NCBI GenBank assembly: GCA_041477065.1 | Contig: JBGOUQ010000009.1 | Location: 13,979 to 77,978, forward strand | Source: Gemmatimonadota bacterium | GTDB lineage: Bacteria; Gemmatimonadota; Gemmatimonadetes; Gemmatimonadales; GWC2-71-9 | Length of the DNA stretch: 64,000 nucleotides | Direction: 5' to 3' | Shown here: piece by piece, positions 36,816-46,367 of the stretch | Numbering within the stretch: position 1 is the stretch's first letter | How the letters are laid out: the number at the start of each line of letters is the position of its first letter | The notes under the pieces: model-generated | Seen by the model: the letters and a program-made list of their open reading frames with translations, nothing else | Told to the model about the DNA's origin: nothing | Database searches by the model: none | Made by a program: the position numbers and the translations under genes

Positions 36816-38204
36816 CTAGTGGGCCACCACCGGCGGCCCGTCGAACTCCAGCACCACGACCGCGCAGATCGGGTCCGGTGCCTGCGTAGGCAGGGTGATC
36901 GTGACCCCCCCCGCCCCGCCCCCGCCCCCGCCCCCGGCCTGGGTTGGGAGAGCCGTGCGCGCCGGGTCTCCGAGCAGGTAGGCGCGCCGCACCGGGGTCC
37001 TGAGATCCGGCAGGCCCAGTAGGCCCGCGCGCCAGTCGGTGATGAACAGGTTCAGGCGATTGGGTTGGGCGGTGACACGAAACGGGGTATCCCGGAACGG
37101 CGTCGCCGTCGAGCCGTAGATCGCCGAGCCGTTCACCCGCATCCAGCGCCCCAGCTCCTGGAGCCGTTCGACGCTCTCCTCGGGGAAGGTCCCGTCCGGC
37201 TTGGGCCCCACGTTGAGCAGCAGGTTACCGCCCTTCGAAGCGGTTTCGACCAGCAAGCCGATCAGCTGCGACACCGACTTAGTGTCGTGATCGAGCGCAT
37301 TGTACCCCCAGTGACGGTTCATTGTGATACAGGACTCCCAGTCCACGCCGGGCAGGCCGGTGGCGGGCACCTCCTGCTCGGGCGTCCGGAAGTCGCCGAG
37401 GGGGTCGGTGACCGGAATGGGCGACCACCCTTCGACACGGTTGTTCACGATCACGTTCGGCTGGAGCGACCGGCACCTGGCGTACAGCGCCTTCCCCATC
37501 TCGTGGGTCCAGGTCTCCTCCCAATTGCCGTCGAACCACATCACGCTGATGTCGCCGTAGTTCGTGAGCAGCTCGGTGACCTGGGCGTGGAGGTAGTCCA
37601 CGAACCGCGCGAAGCGGGCGCCGTCCACCCCCCGGGTCTCCGCCTCCCAGTCGCGACGCGGGAGATAGTCGGGATGGTGCCAATCCATGATGGAGTGATA
37701 CCAACACATTCGCAGCCCGTGGCGGCGGCACGCGCCGGCCATCTCCTTCATGATGTCCCGCCGGAACGGCGTGGAGCGCGCGCAGAAGTCGGTCTGCTTC
37801 GAGTCGAACAGGCCGAAGCCGTCGTGGTGCTTGGTGGTGATCGTGACGTAGCGCATGCCGGCCTGCTGCGCGAGCGACACCCAGCGGTCGGCGTCGAACT
37901 GCGTCGGGTTGAAGCGGGATACCAGCCGGTCGTACTCGGCGAGCGGGACGTGGGCGCTGTTGCGGATCCACTCGGCGTAGTCGGTGCGGCCGCCCCATTC
38001 ACCGGCGAGGATCGAGTACAGGCCCCAGTGGATGAACATCCCGAAGCGGGCTTCGCGCCACCAGGCCAAACGCTCGTCTGCAGTGTCGCTCGCGGCAAGG
38101 AGGGCGGGTGGGGAAAAACCCCACCGTGACAGTGGGCCGATGGTAAGCGCCCCCCCTCCCAAAGCGGCTACGCTGCGCCCGAGGAAGGCGCGCCGATCGA
38201 TCAC
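36816..38204 (-). CDS. Alpha-L-fucosidase (GH29) with Tat-type signal
   Basis: The start is (GTG)IDRRAFLGRSVAALGG. The GH29 motif is RFGMFIHWGLYS, and the C-terminal domain contains a poly-Gly stretch. Confidence 0.9.
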   Translation of the reverse strand: MIDRRAFLGRSVAALGGGALTIGPLSRWGFSPPALLAASDTADERLAWWREARFGMFIHWGLYSILAGEWGGRTDYAEWIRNSAHVPLAEYDRLVSRFNPTQFDADRWVSLAQQAGMRYVTITTKHHDGFGLFDSKQTDFCARSTPFRRDIMKEMAGACRRHGLRMCWYHSIMDWHHPDYLPRRDWEAETRGVDGARFARFVDYLHAQVTELLTNYGDISVMWFDGNWEETWTHEMGKALYARCRSLQPNVIVNNRVEGWSPIPVTDPLGDFRTPEQEVPATGLPGVDWESCITMNRHWGYNALDHDTKSVSQLIGLLVETASKGGNLLLNVGPKPDGTFPEESVERLQELGRWMRVNGSAIYGSTATPFRDTPFRVTAQPNRLNLFITDWRAGLLGLPDLRTPVRRAYLLGDPARTALPTQAGGGGGGGAGGVTITLPTQAPDPICAVVVLEFDGPPVVAH

Positions 38205-39142
38205 ATGCCGGGAACCGGCGTTGCCGTACTTCCCGCTCCCCCCCGGACCCTACCCGCCAGCACGGTGACGTTGTCGCTCCCACCGCGCTCGAGGGCGAGA
38301 TCGAGCAGCGCCCGGCACGCCTGCTCCGAGGATTCCATCACCCGCAGCCGCTCGGCGATTTCGGGGTCCGACACGTGCTTCGTCAATCCGTCACTGCACA
38401 GCAGGATGACGCTGCCGCGGCGGCGGATGTCGAGGCGCGTCACGACCGGCGACGCTTCGGTCCCCCCGATCGAGCTGGCCAGCACGTGGCTGAACGGCGA
38501 CGCCGCCACTCGCTCGGGCGGCAGCGCCCCCCGATCCACTAGGTCCTGGGCGATGGTCTGGTCGCGCGTGACCTGCCGCAGGACGCCTTCTTTATAGTAG
38601 TAGCAGCGGCTGTCCCCGACCTGCACCACGTACATCCACGGCCACACGATCATCGCGAGGGTGAGGGTCGTCGCCATGGCCTTCTCGTCGGGGCGCGCGG
38701 ATTTGGCCACCCGCGCGGCCGCCTCCGAGCGCACCGCGGCGTGCGCCTCCAGCGCCGCCGTGCGGAGTGCGGCGAAGAACTCCTCTTCCACCGACGAGCC
38801 GGCTGCGTGGTAGCACCGCAGCGTCATGGACACGTACCGCGTGATCGTCTCCACGGCGAGCTGGCTCGCCTCACCCCCCGCCGTCCCCCCGCCCACTCCA
38901 TCGGCTACGAGCATGATCGTCCCCAGCCGCTCTCCACGCAGCGGCAGCCGGTCGGGCTGAGGGAGGCTGGTCCCGTGGATCACCACCTGTGGATGCACGG
39001 TGCACAGGAGGAAGTGATCCTGGTTCTCGCGGCGGACTTTGCCGGGGTGGGTAAGGCCGAAGAGGTCGAGCTCGTCGTCCCGGGGTCTTGCCCCGGGCAT
39101 CGCGGTGATCGATGTGGTGGTCAGCTGGTCGGTGAGGGCCAT
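38201..39142 (-). CDS. PP2C-family Ser/Thr protein phosphatase
   Basis: DLFGLTHPGKVRRENQDHF...LVADGVGG...LLCSDGL...GGSDNVTV matches PP2C motifs. The stop overlaps the fucosidase start. Confidence 0.9.
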   Translation of the reverse strand: MALTDQLTTTSITAMPGARPRDDELDLFGLTHPGKVRRENQDHFLLCTVHPQVVIHGTSLPQPDRLPLRGERLGTIMLVADGVGGGTAGGEASQLAVETITRYVSMTLRCYHAAGSSVEEEFFAALRTAALEAHAAVRSEAAARVAKSARPDEKAMATTLTLAMIVWPWMYVVQVGDSRCYYYKEGVLRQVTRDQTIAQDLVDRGALPPERVAASPFSHVLASSIGGTEASPVVTRLDIRRRGSVILLCSDGLTKHVSDPEIAERLRVMESSEQACRALLDLALERGGSDNVTVLAGRVRGGAGSTATPVPGM

Positions 39143-39205
39143 CGGGGGGGCGCCTCCTCTCCGCCACGATGGCCGCTCCCGGGCGGGGGCGCAAGGAGAC
39201 CCCTG

Positions 39206-40438
39206 CTACTCGTGCCGGATCGCGTCGATGGGGGTCAGCCGCGAGGCCCGCAGCGCGGGGTACATTCCGAAGGCGATGCCCACCAGCGCCGCGGCCGCCG
39301 CCGCGACGAGCAGCGTGCTCCAGCTGAAGGCGGCATAGATCGTGGCGTGCGACCGGGCGCGCATCACGGCGGTGACGCCGAACGCGCCCGCGAACCCCAC
39401 CGCGGCACCCACAGCGCTGCCCAGCCCCGTGATCGCCACCGCCTCGGAGAGGAATTGCAGCAGGATATCGTGGGCGCGTGCGCCCGCGGCCCGCCGGATG
39501 CCGATTTCGCGCGTGCGCTCGATGACCGACGCGAGCAGCACGTTCATGATGCCGATCCCCCCCACGAGCAGCGAGATCCCCGTGAGCGCGCCCATCGCCA
39601 GCTTGAAAATCAGGATACCCTGCTGGACCTGCGCGAGGCGGTCCTCCTGAGTTTGCAGCCGGACGCGGCCCCGCCAGTCCCCCACGTGAGCCGTGAGCCA
39701 GGCGGCGGCCCCGGCTTTCACCGAGTCCAGCGCTTCCACGCGGTTTGCGAAGGCGATCAGGCGGGCGGGCGCGCCACCGAAGGGTTGCGGCGGCGCGGCC
39801 GTGAACGGCACGACCACGCGGAGATCCCGCGCCACCGCCTCTCCGGCGAGCACGCCGATGACCTGATATGGAATCCCCTGGAGGCGCAGCGTCCGTCCCA
39901 GGAGGGTGGCGGGCTTTCCCGTCGTGGCGAACGTGGCGACCACACCGGCGGACACGACCGCCACGCGGGCGCCGGCATCCGACTCCGCCGCGGTGAAGAA
40001 CCGGCCGGCGGCGAGCGCGGCCATCGGTAGTGAGGCGGCGGCGGGGAGCGTCGCCGTCACCAGGGCGGCGTGTCGCGGTCCGGTATCGGCGGTGATCAGC
40101 GCCGTTCCGATGGAGACGAGGGCGACGGTAGCTTGCGTGTCCAGGCGCGCCGCGAGATCGGCCGCGTCGCGGGGCGTAAACACGACCACATCGGCGCGGG
40201 GCACCGGGCGTCCGTCGATCATCTGGAAGAGCTGGGGCTCGAGCGCGACCGCCTGCACGTCGGTCAGCTGCGCGATCCAGCCGCGGCCGTAGCGCTCGAG
40301 GCCGTCACCCAAAGCAAGGACGGCGACGAGGGCGGCGACGCCGATGACGACGCCGAGGGTGGAGAGGGCGGCGCGCAGGGGGTTCGAGCGGAGCGCACCG
40401 AGGCCGACCGTCAGGGAAGAAAGCCCGCGCCAGGTCAG
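39206..40438 (-). CDS. MacB/FtsX-type ABC transporter permease (no adjacent ATPase); start codon uncertain
   Basis: Family homology begins at LTWRGLSSLTVGLGALRSNPLRAALSTLGVVIGVAALV. There is no in-frame ATG/GTG/TTG near this point. The CTG at 40436-40438 overlaps the upstream TGA. The FtsX C-terminal 4-helix region is present. Confidence 0.75.
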   Translation of the reverse strand: MTWRGLSSLTVGLGALRSNPLRAALSTLGVVIGVAALVAVLALGDGLERYGRGWIAQLTDVQAVALEPQLFQMIDGRPVPRADVVVFTPRDAADLAARLDTQATVALVSIGTALITADTGPRHAALVTATLPAAASLPMAALAAGRFFTAAESDAGARVAVVSAGVVATFATTGKPATLLGRTLRLQGIPYQVIGVLAGEAVARDLRVVVPFTAAPPQPFGGAPARLIAFANRVEALDSVKAGAAAWLTAHVGDWRGRVRLQTQEDRLAQVQQGILIFKLAMGALTGISLLVGGIGIMNVLLASVIERTREIGIRRAAGARAHDILLQFLSEAVAITGLGSAVGAAVGFAGAFGVTAVMRARSHATIYAAFSWSTLLVAAAAAALVGIAFGMYPALRASRLTPIDAIRHE

Positions 40439-40731
40439 GGCCGGAACACCTCTTTCACCAGGCGGAACGCCTTGAACGGCGCGACCAGCAAGAGCGCGGG
40501 AAAGGCGACGGCCATGACGGCGAAGCGGACCGGGAGCGACTGCTGGCGCAGCCGCTCGCCGAGGGAGGCTTTCGTGGCCGTCTTGCCGAGCCCCATGCCG
40601 TGCTGGAAGATGACCTTCTGGCGCTCCAGGCGCTTCGCGTCGGCCTCCGCGGCGGCGCGCTCGGTGTCGTGCTCGGGCGTCCCGGGCGCCGCGAGAATAC
40701 GGGTGTGGCCGCAATAGAGGCACCGCTTCAC
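40435..40731 (-). CDS. Zinc-ribbon plus single-TM small protein; start codon uncertain
   Basis: The track start is GTG 40731 (KRCLYCGHTRIL). The in-frame upstream sequence encodes a first CPKC (40753-40764), but no canonical start exists between it and the stop at 40825-40827. Confidence 0.5.
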   Translation of the reverse strand: MKRCLYCGHTRILAAPGTPEHDTERAAAEADAKRLERQKVIFQHGMGLGKTATKASLGERLRQQSLPVRFAVMAVAFPALLLVAPFKAFRLVKEVFRP

Positions 40732-41088
40732 CGCGACGGCGAGCGGGCGCCCGCACTTGGGACACGGGGCGGTGGCGGGCTGGGGCGGTGACGTGGACGT
40801 GCGCTGATGATAGAGGATTGGGAGTTACGGCGCCACTAGCGGCGTGTGGCGGGCGCTTCGGCGGGCACCGCCTGCGGAGAGAACACCATTCCGGCGCACA
40901 CTGTGTCGCGCGCGCGGCTGCGTGCGCGCGCAGGGTGACCAGATCGGTCATCTCCGAGTCTCCTATCATATGCGCTCGCCGTTCCCCGTTGAACCCCTGG
41001 GCGCGAATCCACCGCACTCCCGCGCCGGCGCAGACTGAAACACCTCATCGAAACTCAGTCTTCCGTCGTCACCTCTCCCCGTCATCCC

Positions 41089-41979
41089 TTGCCGGTGGAT
41101 TGGTGGCTGTGCGCCTTCAACGTCGCGATGGCCGTGATTTGGGCACCGCTCGCCCCGACGCACGCCGCCGCGCGGCTGTTGGTCGGCGGCCACCTCCTCG
41201 GCGCGACGCTCCCGTGGCTGCTCGGATGGGCGCCGGCGCCGAGCGCGCGGTCGCTGCGTCTCACCTACGACGCGTACCCCCTCGCCTGGGCGGCCGCGTT
41301 CTGGGTGGAGCTCGACCTGCATACGCGATTCGTGAACACCGTGCCGGACGACCAGGTGCTCCTGTCGCTCGATCGCGCCGTCTTCGGCGTGCACTTGAAT
41401 CAGACCTGGCTGGCGACGATGCACACCACCGCGTTCAGTGAGGTCATGCACTTTCTGTACTTCTCCTATTACCTGCTCCTCCTGGGCGCCCCCCTCGTCC
41501 TCATCCTCCGCGGCACTCAAGACCAGCTGCGAGAGGGCGTGCTCCGCATCGTGTTCGCGTACCTCGGCTGCATCATCGTGCACGCGTGGTGGCCCACCAT
41601 CGGACCCGCCGTTCTTTCGGTGCGGTTCCCGGCGTCGGTGAGCGCCGGCTGGTTCTTCCGAGTGGACCACTGGATTCAGGACGGCGGAGACTCGCTCGGC
41701 ACGGCGTTCCCGAGCACCCACGTCGCGGGCGCGGTGACGTTTGCGTGGATCGCCTGGCGTTTCTGGAGCCGGCGCGTCGCGCTGGGGGTCACGCTGTGCG
41801 CGGTCGGGATCATGGGAGCGACCGTGTACACCCAGAATCACTTCGCGGTGGACTCCCTGGCTGGTGGGCTGCTGGGACTGACACTCCAGAGCTTCGTGGG
41901 GCCGATGCTCGGGACATCCGAGGCCTGGGGGAGCGAGTCCACTGCCCCCGTGGCCGCAGTCGAAGAGGCCGGCTCTTGA
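41089..41979 (+). CDS. PAP2-superfamily membrane phosphatase
   Basis: A polytopic membrane protein with the PSTHVAG and YTQNHFAVDSLAG motifs (PAP2 C2/C3 motifs). Confidence 0.8.
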   Translation: MPVDWWLCAFNVAMAVIWAPLAPTHAAARLLVGGHLLGATLPWLLGWAPAPSARSLRLTYDAYPLAWAAAFWVELDLHTRFVNTVPDDQVLLSLDRAVFGVHLNQTWLATMHTTAFSEVMHFLYFSYYLLLLGAPLVLILRGTQDQLREGVLRIVFAYLGCIIVHAWWPTIGPAVLSVRFPASVSAGWFFRVDHWIQDGGDSLGTAFPSTHVAGAVTFAWIAWRFWSRRVALGVTLCAVGIMGATVYTQNHFAVDSLAGGLLGLTLQSFVGPMLGTSEAWGSESTAPVAAVEEAGS

Positions 41980-43598
41980 CGGGGAGGCGCCGTCTCATCA
42001 TCAACGCCGACGACTTCGGCCTGTCGGAGGGCGTCAACCGTGGCATTGTGGAGGCGCACCAGGCCGGGTGCGTGACCTCGACCTCGCTGCTCGTCAATCT
42101 TCCCGCGTTTCCCGATGCGGTGCTCCGTGCGGGGCGGGCGCCTCAGCTCGGCGTCGGCTTGCACTTCAACCTCACAGCAGGCCCGCCGGTGTCCCCCGCC
42201 GCCGCCCTCCCGAGCCTGTGCGACGGCGAGACGGGCCGGTTCCACCCCATGCGGCGCCTCGTCGCCCGTGCGCTCACCGGGCGGATCGCGGCGGCGCAAG
42301 TGATCACAGAGTGCGAGGCGCAGCTCGATCGCTTCCGCGCGACCGGCGTGCCACTTACGCACTTGGATTCTCACCGGCACGTCCACCTCCTGCCCGGCGT
42401 GTGGGAACCGGTGGTCGAGGTCGCCAAGCGGATGCGGATCCCACTCGTTCGCGTGCCGTTCGACCGCCTCCGGCACGTCGCCCGGACGCCGAGCGCGTTC
42501 GCCGAGCAGACGTTGCTCCGCGTTTCCTACCGCCTGGCCGGCGGGAACGGCATCCCGCGGGCGGTCGACCACTTCCGGGGCAGCGAGCTCTTCGCACACC
42601 ACGACTATCGCGACCGGCTCCTGGCCCTGCTCGACGACCTCGACCCGGGCGTCACGGAGCTGATGGTGCACCCGGGATACCCGGACGCCGAGATCGCGAA
42701 GTGGGACTCCTACATCCGGGAGCGCGAGCGCGAGCTTGCGGGGCTGACCGATGCGGCGGTGCGGGCGCGGCTCGGCACCGGCGACATCGAGCTCGCGCAC
42801 TTCGGTGCCCTCGCCCGGACCGTCCCCCGCCCCCCCTCCTCGCCCTGCCGCCGCGCGGCGGCGGGCCGGCCGCGCTTTTCCCTCGTCGTTCCGGCCTTCA
42901 ACGAGGCCGCCTACCTGCCGCGGCTGCTTGACTCGGTGACGACCGCCCGGGCCGCGTACGGCCCCGAACCCGACGCCGTGGAAGTGATCGTCGCGAACAA
43001 CATGTCCACGGACCACACCAGTCTCATCGCGGGGGCACGCGGCTGTCGCGTCGTCACCGAGTGCCGACGTGTGATCTCGGCGGTCCGCAACACAGGCGCC
43101 GGGGCTGCCCGCGGGGACATCCTGCTTTTCGTGGACGCGGATTCCCAGATCCATGCGGACACGTTCAACGCCATCGAGCGCGCACTTGACACCGGAGCGG
43201 TTGTGGGCGGCGCGACCGGCGTGCGAATGGATCGCTGGGGCGCGGGGATCGCGGTGAGCTTCACGCTCCAAGCGCTGTGGGCCCGGCTCACCGGGTGGGA
43301 CACCGGCGTGGTGTTCTGCCGCCGAGAAGCCTTCGAGGCGGTGGGCGGCTGGGACGAGAAGCTCATGTTCGGCGAGGACCTGGCGTTCCACCAGGCCCTG
43401 CGCCGGCTGGGCCGGCGGCGCGGCCAGCGGTTCGTCCGGCTGCGTGGGGCAAAAACCGTCACCTCGGCCCGCAAGTTCGAACAATTCGGACAATGGGGGT
43501 GGCCGATCGCCAACCTCGGCGTCCTCTGGCTCGCCGCGATCCGATCTCCGCGGGCCAACAAGCTAATCGAGCGGTACTGGTACAAGTCGCGGGCCTGA
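41976..43598 (+). CDS. Fusion protein: YdjC/ChbG/HpnK-like deacetylase plus family-2 glycosyltransferase
   Basis: The TTG start overlaps the PAP2 stop (TTGA). The N-terminal part is LIINADDFGLSEGVNRGIVEAHQAGCVTSTSLLVN. The C-terminal part is FSLVVPAFNEAAYLPRLLDSV...LLFVDADS. Confidence 0.85.
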   Translation: MTGRRRLIINADDFGLSEGVNRGIVEAHQAGCVTSTSLLVNLPAFPDAVLRAGRAPQLGVGLHFNLTAGPPVSPAAALPSLCDGETGRFHPMRRLVARALTGRIAAAQVITECEAQLDRFRATGVPLTHLDSHRHVHLLPGVWEPVVEVAKRMRIPLVRVPFDRLRHVARTPSAFAEQTLLRVSYRLAGGNGIPRAVDHFRGSELFAHHDYRDRLLALLDDLDPGVTELMVHPGYPDAEIAKWDSYIRERERELAGLTDAAVRARLGTGDIELAHFGALARTVPRPPSSPCRRAAAGRPRFSLVVPAFNEAAYLPRLLDSVTTARAAYGPEPDAVEVIVANNMSTDHTSLIAGARGCRVVTECRRVISAVRNTGAGAARGDILLFVDADSQIHADTFNAIERALDTGAVVGGATGVRMDRWGAGIAVSFTLQALWARLTGWDTGVVFCRREAFEAVGGWDEKLMFGEDLAFHQALRRLGRRRGQRFVRLRGAKTVTSARKFEQFGQWGWPIANLGVLWLAAIRSPRANKLIERYWYKSRA

Positions 43599-43599
43599 G

Positions 43600-44502
43600 A
43601 TGCCGCTCTGGTTGCTCCTAGCGGTCGGCCTTGCCGCCGATACGGCCCACAGCGTCCAGATTCCTGTCGGCCGCGCTGAGTCGCTGCACGTCGTTACGTT
43701 CGGCCACGGGGAGCCGGTCGTCCTCCTCCCCGGCTTCTTCGGGTCCGCGTTTGGGTTCCGCAAGCTGGTGCCCCTGCTCGAGGCGGCCGGCTACCAGCCG
43801 ATCGTCGTTGAACCGCTTGGCACCGGCTTCTCCAGCCGGCCCGCCCGCGGGGACTACTCGTTGTCCGCGCAGGCCCGCCGGATCGCGGCAGCCCTCGATT
43901 CCCTCGGCGTCCGGCATGCCTGGGTGATCGGGCACGCGGTCGGTGGCGCGATCGCGTTGCGACTGGCCTACACGCGGCCCGACCTCGTCCGCGGCCTGGT
44001 CTCGCTCGAAGGCGGGCCCACTGAGGAGGTCGCGACCCGGGAATTCCGCCGGGCGGCCGTGTACATCCCGTGGATCAAGCTGCTGGGCGGTATCAAGGTG
44101 ATCCGCCGGGTGCTGCGACGGACGCTGAACGCGTCTTCGGGCGACACCACCTGGATCACGGACGGTGTCGTGTATGGCTACACCGCCGGCGCAGCAGGGA
44201 ATGTCGACGGCACCCTCAAGGCCTACCAGGCGATGGCCGCTTCGCGCGAGCGGGTGCGCCTGGAACCCCACCTGCGCGAGATCGCCTGTCCCGTCCGTCT
44301 GGTGCTCGGCGGCGCACGGCACGGCGGTGGTGTCGGCCCGGAGGAGGTCATCGAGCTGCAGCGCACGCTCGGCTGGTTCGCCGTCGATAGCGTTCCCGGC
44401 GCGGGGCACTACCTGCAAGAAGAACGGCCGGAAGCCGTGGTGGTCGCCCTCGAGAAAGCGCGGGCCAGTCAGCAGAGGAGCACCAAGGAATGGCCGAACT
44501 AG
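43600..44502 (+). CDS. Alpha/beta-hydrolase fold protein with Ala at the nucleophile position
   Basis: It has the HGEPVVLLPGF oxyanion region, a nucleophile elbow that reads GHAVGG (Ala codon GCG at 43936-43938) and a retained catalytic-His context (PGAGHYLQEERPE). Confidence 0.85.
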   Translation: MPLWLLLAVGLAADTAHSVQIPVGRAESLHVVTFGHGEPVVLLPGFFGSAFGFRKLVPLLEAAGYQPIVVEPLGTGFSSRPARGDYSLSAQARRIAAALDSLGVRHAWVIGHAVGGAIALRLAYTRPDLVRGLVSLEGGPTEEVATREFRRAAVYIPWIKLLGGIKVIRRVLRRTLNASSGDTTWITDGVVYGYTAGAAGNVDGTLKAYQAMAASRERVRLEPHLREIACPVRLVLGGARHGGGVGPEEVIELQRTLGWFAVDSVPGAGHYLQEERPEAVVVALEKARASQQRSTKEWPN

Positions 44503-45278
44503 GCCTCGACATCAGGCGGGGCGTCGGCCGGTGGAGTCTGCGTGCGGTCGGACATGCCGGCCGGTTCACGGTTCTGCTGATCGAGGTGGCCCGTGGACTG
44601 GCAGAATGGCGGGTCTATGTCCCCCGCGCGATGGACCAGGCGATCAGAATCGGCTATGGCAGCATGTTCATCGTCGTGCTCGTCGCCGCCTTTGCCGGTG
44701 CAGTGGCGAGCCTCCAGGCCGGCTATCAATTCTCGGGAAGCGTCCCGCTCTACGTGTACGGGTCGGTCGTCACCGAGTCGATCATTCTCGAACTCGGCCC
44801 GGTGCTCACCGGCTTGATCCTCGCGGGGCGGATTGGGGCGCGGTACGCGGCCGAGCTGGGAACGATGCGGGTGAGCGAACAGATCGACGCGCTGGAGAGT
44901 CTCGGTCGCTCGCCCATCTCCCATCTCATCATCCCGCGCGTGTTGGCCGGCCTCGTGGTCATTCCGGTGCTGGTCATATTCGCCGACCTCGCGGGGGTCC
45001 TGGCGGGCTGGGTGTCCGCCAAAGAGTCCCTCGACATCACGAATGCCGACTTTGTCTATGGCGTGCGGTACTACTTTCGTCCGTTCGATCTTTGGTACTC
45101 GGTGATCAAGGGGGGGTTCTTCGCGGCGGCGGTAACCTTCATCCCGTGCTACGTCGGCATCAATACGCAGCAAGGCGCGGAAGGCGTCGGCCGGGCCACT
45201 ACGACGGCGGTGGTCTCCGCATCGGTGGCGATTCTACTGCTTGACGTCGTGCTCACCAGAATGCTCCTGGTCAAGTAA
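44490..45278 (+). CDS. mlaE: MlaE-family ABC transporter permease (orphan: no MlaF or MlaD adjacent)
   Basis: The MlaE signature region is ELGPVLTGLILAGRIGARYAAELGTMRVSEQIDALESLG. The gene overlaps the hydrolase 3' end by 13 nt. Confidence 0.9.
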   Translation: MAELGLDIRRGVGRWSLRAVGHAGRFTVLLIEVARGLAEWRVYVPRAMDQAIRIGYGSMFIVVLVAAFAGAVASLQAGYQFSGSVPLYVYGSVVTESIILELGPVLTGLILAGRIGARYAAELGTMRVSEQIDALESLGRSPISHLIIPRVLAGLVVIPVLVIFADLAGVLAGWVSAKESLDITNADFVYGVRYYFRPFDLWYSVIKGGFFAAAVTFIPCYVGINTQQGAEGVGRATTTAVVSASVAILLLDVVLTRMLLVK

Positions 45279-46103
45279 GACCCAGGGACGTTTCGGCAGT
45301 CCATCCCGGAGCAGCAGCGCAGCCCCCGCCAGCACGCCGAGGGCGAGGGTGTAGGTCCGCCAGACCAGGATCAAGACCGGCAGCGTGTCGGCGGGAATCC
45401 GCTCGAGGCCGACGAGGAAGCCGATTTCGACCACCCCCGCCCCGGCCGGCGTGGGGGCGAGAGTCTGCCCATACACGAGCAGCGCCGAGCCGAGGATCAC
45501 CGTCCCGGCGCCCAGCCCCGGCGTGGCCGCGAGCAGCACCGGCAGGATCGCCCCCCGCGCGATCAAGCTGACGAGCGTCAGAAGGGTCGCCGCCGCCAGC
45601 ACGCCCGGCGATTGCGTCCGGGCGTAGCGCCACGCCTCGCCCAGCGACATCAGCAATCGCGACAGCCCCCGAGGCACGAGACGGTGGGCGAGCACCGCAC
45701 TGCCCGCCAGCGCCAGCGCCAGGACGAGGACGACGAGCCAGGCGTGCGGGGACCGGGCGAGGCGCAGCGAGGCGGCCAGGATCTCGCGCACGGCCGACGG
45801 AAAGAGCAGCGACAGAAGAACCCCGACGCCCACCAGCACGACCGCGTCGGCGGCGATCTCCATGCCGAACGTGGCGAGGATCGCCGGGGTTGGTGCTCCC
45901 GTCCGGACGTACCCGAGGTAGCGAACTGGATCTCCGCCGACCCGCCCCGGGGTCACCGCAGCCACTGCGTCGCCGCACGTGTTCACGGTCAGGGCCCGAG
46001 ACATGGTGACGGACAACAACAGGCGCGTCCGGAGGGCGCGCGCGATGACGTCGAGGAGAACCAGCCCGAGTGCTGCGGCGTGTTGGAGCGGCGAGATGGT
46101 CAC
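45234..46103 (-). CDS. Flippase-like / lysyl-phosphatidylglycerol-synthase TM-region family membrane protein (HpnL-like fold family)
   Basis: A polytopic protein with ARALRTRLLL...TCGDAVAAVTPGRVGGDPVRY...AGAGVVEIGF. The GTG start at 46103 was chosen by hand and the SD is weak. The rest of the 540-aa ORF is a non-coding extension. Confidence 0.65.
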   Translation of the reverse strand: MTISPLQHAAALGLVLLDVIARALRTRLLLSVTMSRALTVNTCGDAVAAVTPGRVGGDPVRYLGYVRTGAPTPAILATFGMEIAADAVVLVGVGVLLSLLFPSAVREILAASLRLARSPHAWLVVLVLALALAGSAVLAHRLVPRGLSRLLMSLGEAWRYARTQSPGVLAAATLLTLVSLIARGAILPVLLAATPGLGAGTVILGSALLVYGQTLAPTPAGAGVVEIGFLVGLERIPADTLPVLILVWRTYTLALGVLAGAALLLRDGLPKRPWVLLDQEHSGEHDVKQ

Positions 46104-46367
46104 GGAATTTTGGGCTGGGAAGAGGGGAGCTACGGTGCTTCGCGTGCGCCGACTCGGACTCGACGCGAGAACTCTACCGCTGCAGCGGCAGCGCACAAGT
46201 GACCGGGATTCCGACGAGACGCCGGTATTCCAGGGACGGCACACGCGATCTGCCGGAGTTCCTGGCTCCATGGTCTGGGATGAATCCAGGCCCCGGGCAC
46301 CCGGCGTCCCCCATTGGGGTATTGGTATTGGGTACTCGGGACCTGGATCCTCACGGAGGGTAGACTC

